A stretch of 64,000 nt of DNA from Sphagnum compactum (lineage: Eukaryota), in NCBI GenBank assembly GCA_965153455.1, contig OZ234493.1:18280213-18344212 (forward strand). The letters run 5' to 3'. The translations under genes were made by a program, and so were the position numbers. A model generated the notes under the pieces. The model had not been told where the DNA came from. It saw only the letters and a list, made by a program, of their open reading frames with translations, and made no database searches. The stretch's first letter is position 1; each line of letters opens with the position of its first letter. Positions 62,930 to 64,000 of the stretch are shown here, piece by piece.

Positions 62930-63990
62930 GATTCATGAAAATCTAATACATTTGTCAACTGTTTTGTCCGATTTGCTTTACTGGACTTTTGATCCCAATT
63001 TTTGACATCCCATGCCATCTTCAATTATCGTGCATATGCACAACAGGTGGATCGAATCACCTCTTATAAATCTTCATCCTTCCCCATTCGTGATGTTGCA
63101 TCTCGAGGCACATTGTCCACGCCCCAAGCATTGAGACCCAACACTTGCAACTGTTGTTCTGAAGCTAATTTGATCAAAGCTGGTTTTGGGAATGGTGGAC
63201 ATTGTTTTGCAATAGCTACCAGGTTATCCCACTTATGTTGTGCTTTGGCACGAGCGTGACTAGCAACCTTTTGATCATTCCACCTTTGCATGGCCATGGC
63301 ATTTCCCAAGATGCGAGCATTCATTTTAGCATGGTCTTGATATCGAGGACTTCCTTCAAAAGTTGAAGGCCTCTTAGGTTTGGCCTTTTCTGCCACCAAG
63401 CCATGCACCTCCTTCAAATGCTTGGTCTACAACCATTTGGCAAAATATGTGACAATGCAAGTGCCAACTTTACACTTCCATTTCAACCCAACCTTCGTCC
63501 ATTCTTTGTCCTTCTGAGCCAAATTAGGTGGACAAGGGGGTGGTAGTGGCTGAGAAGCCTGGTCGGTTTCAAATTTCGGACCTAAACCAAAAAATATCAA
63601 GAAATAAATCAATATTTTGTAATAAAAAAATCCTAACCCTAAAACCTTACACATAAAGAGTTCAAAAAATAGAATGCAGGTATTACAAAACATAAAATCA
63701 CACAATCACATACTATTCTTGTAAACTTTAATTGTTTTCAGGTATTGCAATAAAAAAAAATTTAACAAAAAAAATCCCGCACCTTCCAACAAATGATGGA
63801 AGGTGCAGATACAATTAAACTTCAAAAAACTTGTACAATTTCTTTTATATGCATTTAATCTAATGTCCATAAATTTAAGAAAAATCTATATTATAAATTG
63901 TCATCCTTGTCAACTCTAATCCACATAGGTTGTTTGATACATCAATTTTCAATTTTCATTTCTAATGAAATAACATTCTGCTCCTCAGGT
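62930..63990 (-). pseudogene. MULE accessory ORF, C2H2 zinc-finger protein, convergent with the transposase
   Basis: A near-continuous frame over 62930-63582 reads WKCKVGTCIVTYFAKWL*TKHLKEVHGLV (Cx4Cx12Hx4H)..MNARILGNAMA..WDNLVAIAKQCPPFPKP..LGLNAWGV..LKMAWDVKNWD with a few in-frame stops. The upstream exon(s) extend to the window edge. Confidence 0.7.
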
Positions 63991-64000
63991 ATTAATTATG

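Larger units (their letters stand above)
54034..64000 (+). mobile_element. Large formerly autonomous MULE element, inverted relative to 48130-53986 and running off the window end
   Basis: Terminus GGCCAGAGTGAACCAGCAGCCACCAATGCACTAGTT. 54034-55487 is the approximate reverse complement of 52322-53986, and ~61430-64000 that of ~49140-52090. It contains a transposase and an accessory ORF. Confidence 0.85.

Overview
AT-rich, intron-containing land-plant nuclear DNA. The repeat landscape and gene style suggest a bryophyte such as Sphagnum, but this is inference only. Two genes could be spliced by hand into open frames: an 18-exon ZIF/ZIFL-type MFS transporter (minus strand, 8745-14600, 520 aa) and an 8-exon patatin-like phospholipase (plus strand, 31729-36432, 664 aa) with an unusual Ser/Tyr-rich low-complexity C-terminal tail. 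Four decayed gene relics are present: SYP81, a P5A-ATPase and a partial patatin paralogue (all retaining introns), plus a PPR gene. There are also Harbinger, Copia, Helitron-like and MITE remnants. The last 16 kb is a head-to-head pair of related Mutator-like (MULE) elements 47 bp apart. The first is internally deleted (48130-53986, perfect 9-bp TSD CTTCCCAGT). The second is a larger inverted copy (54034 to beyond the window end) with a decayed intron-containing MULE/SWIM transposase and a convergent C2H2 zinc-finger gene. The non-coding DNA of both elements carries regularly spaced arrays of an RGTATTGCA motif, reminiscent of the VANDAL/VANC sequence-specific anti-silencing system. All homology calls come from recalled family motifs, not database searches.
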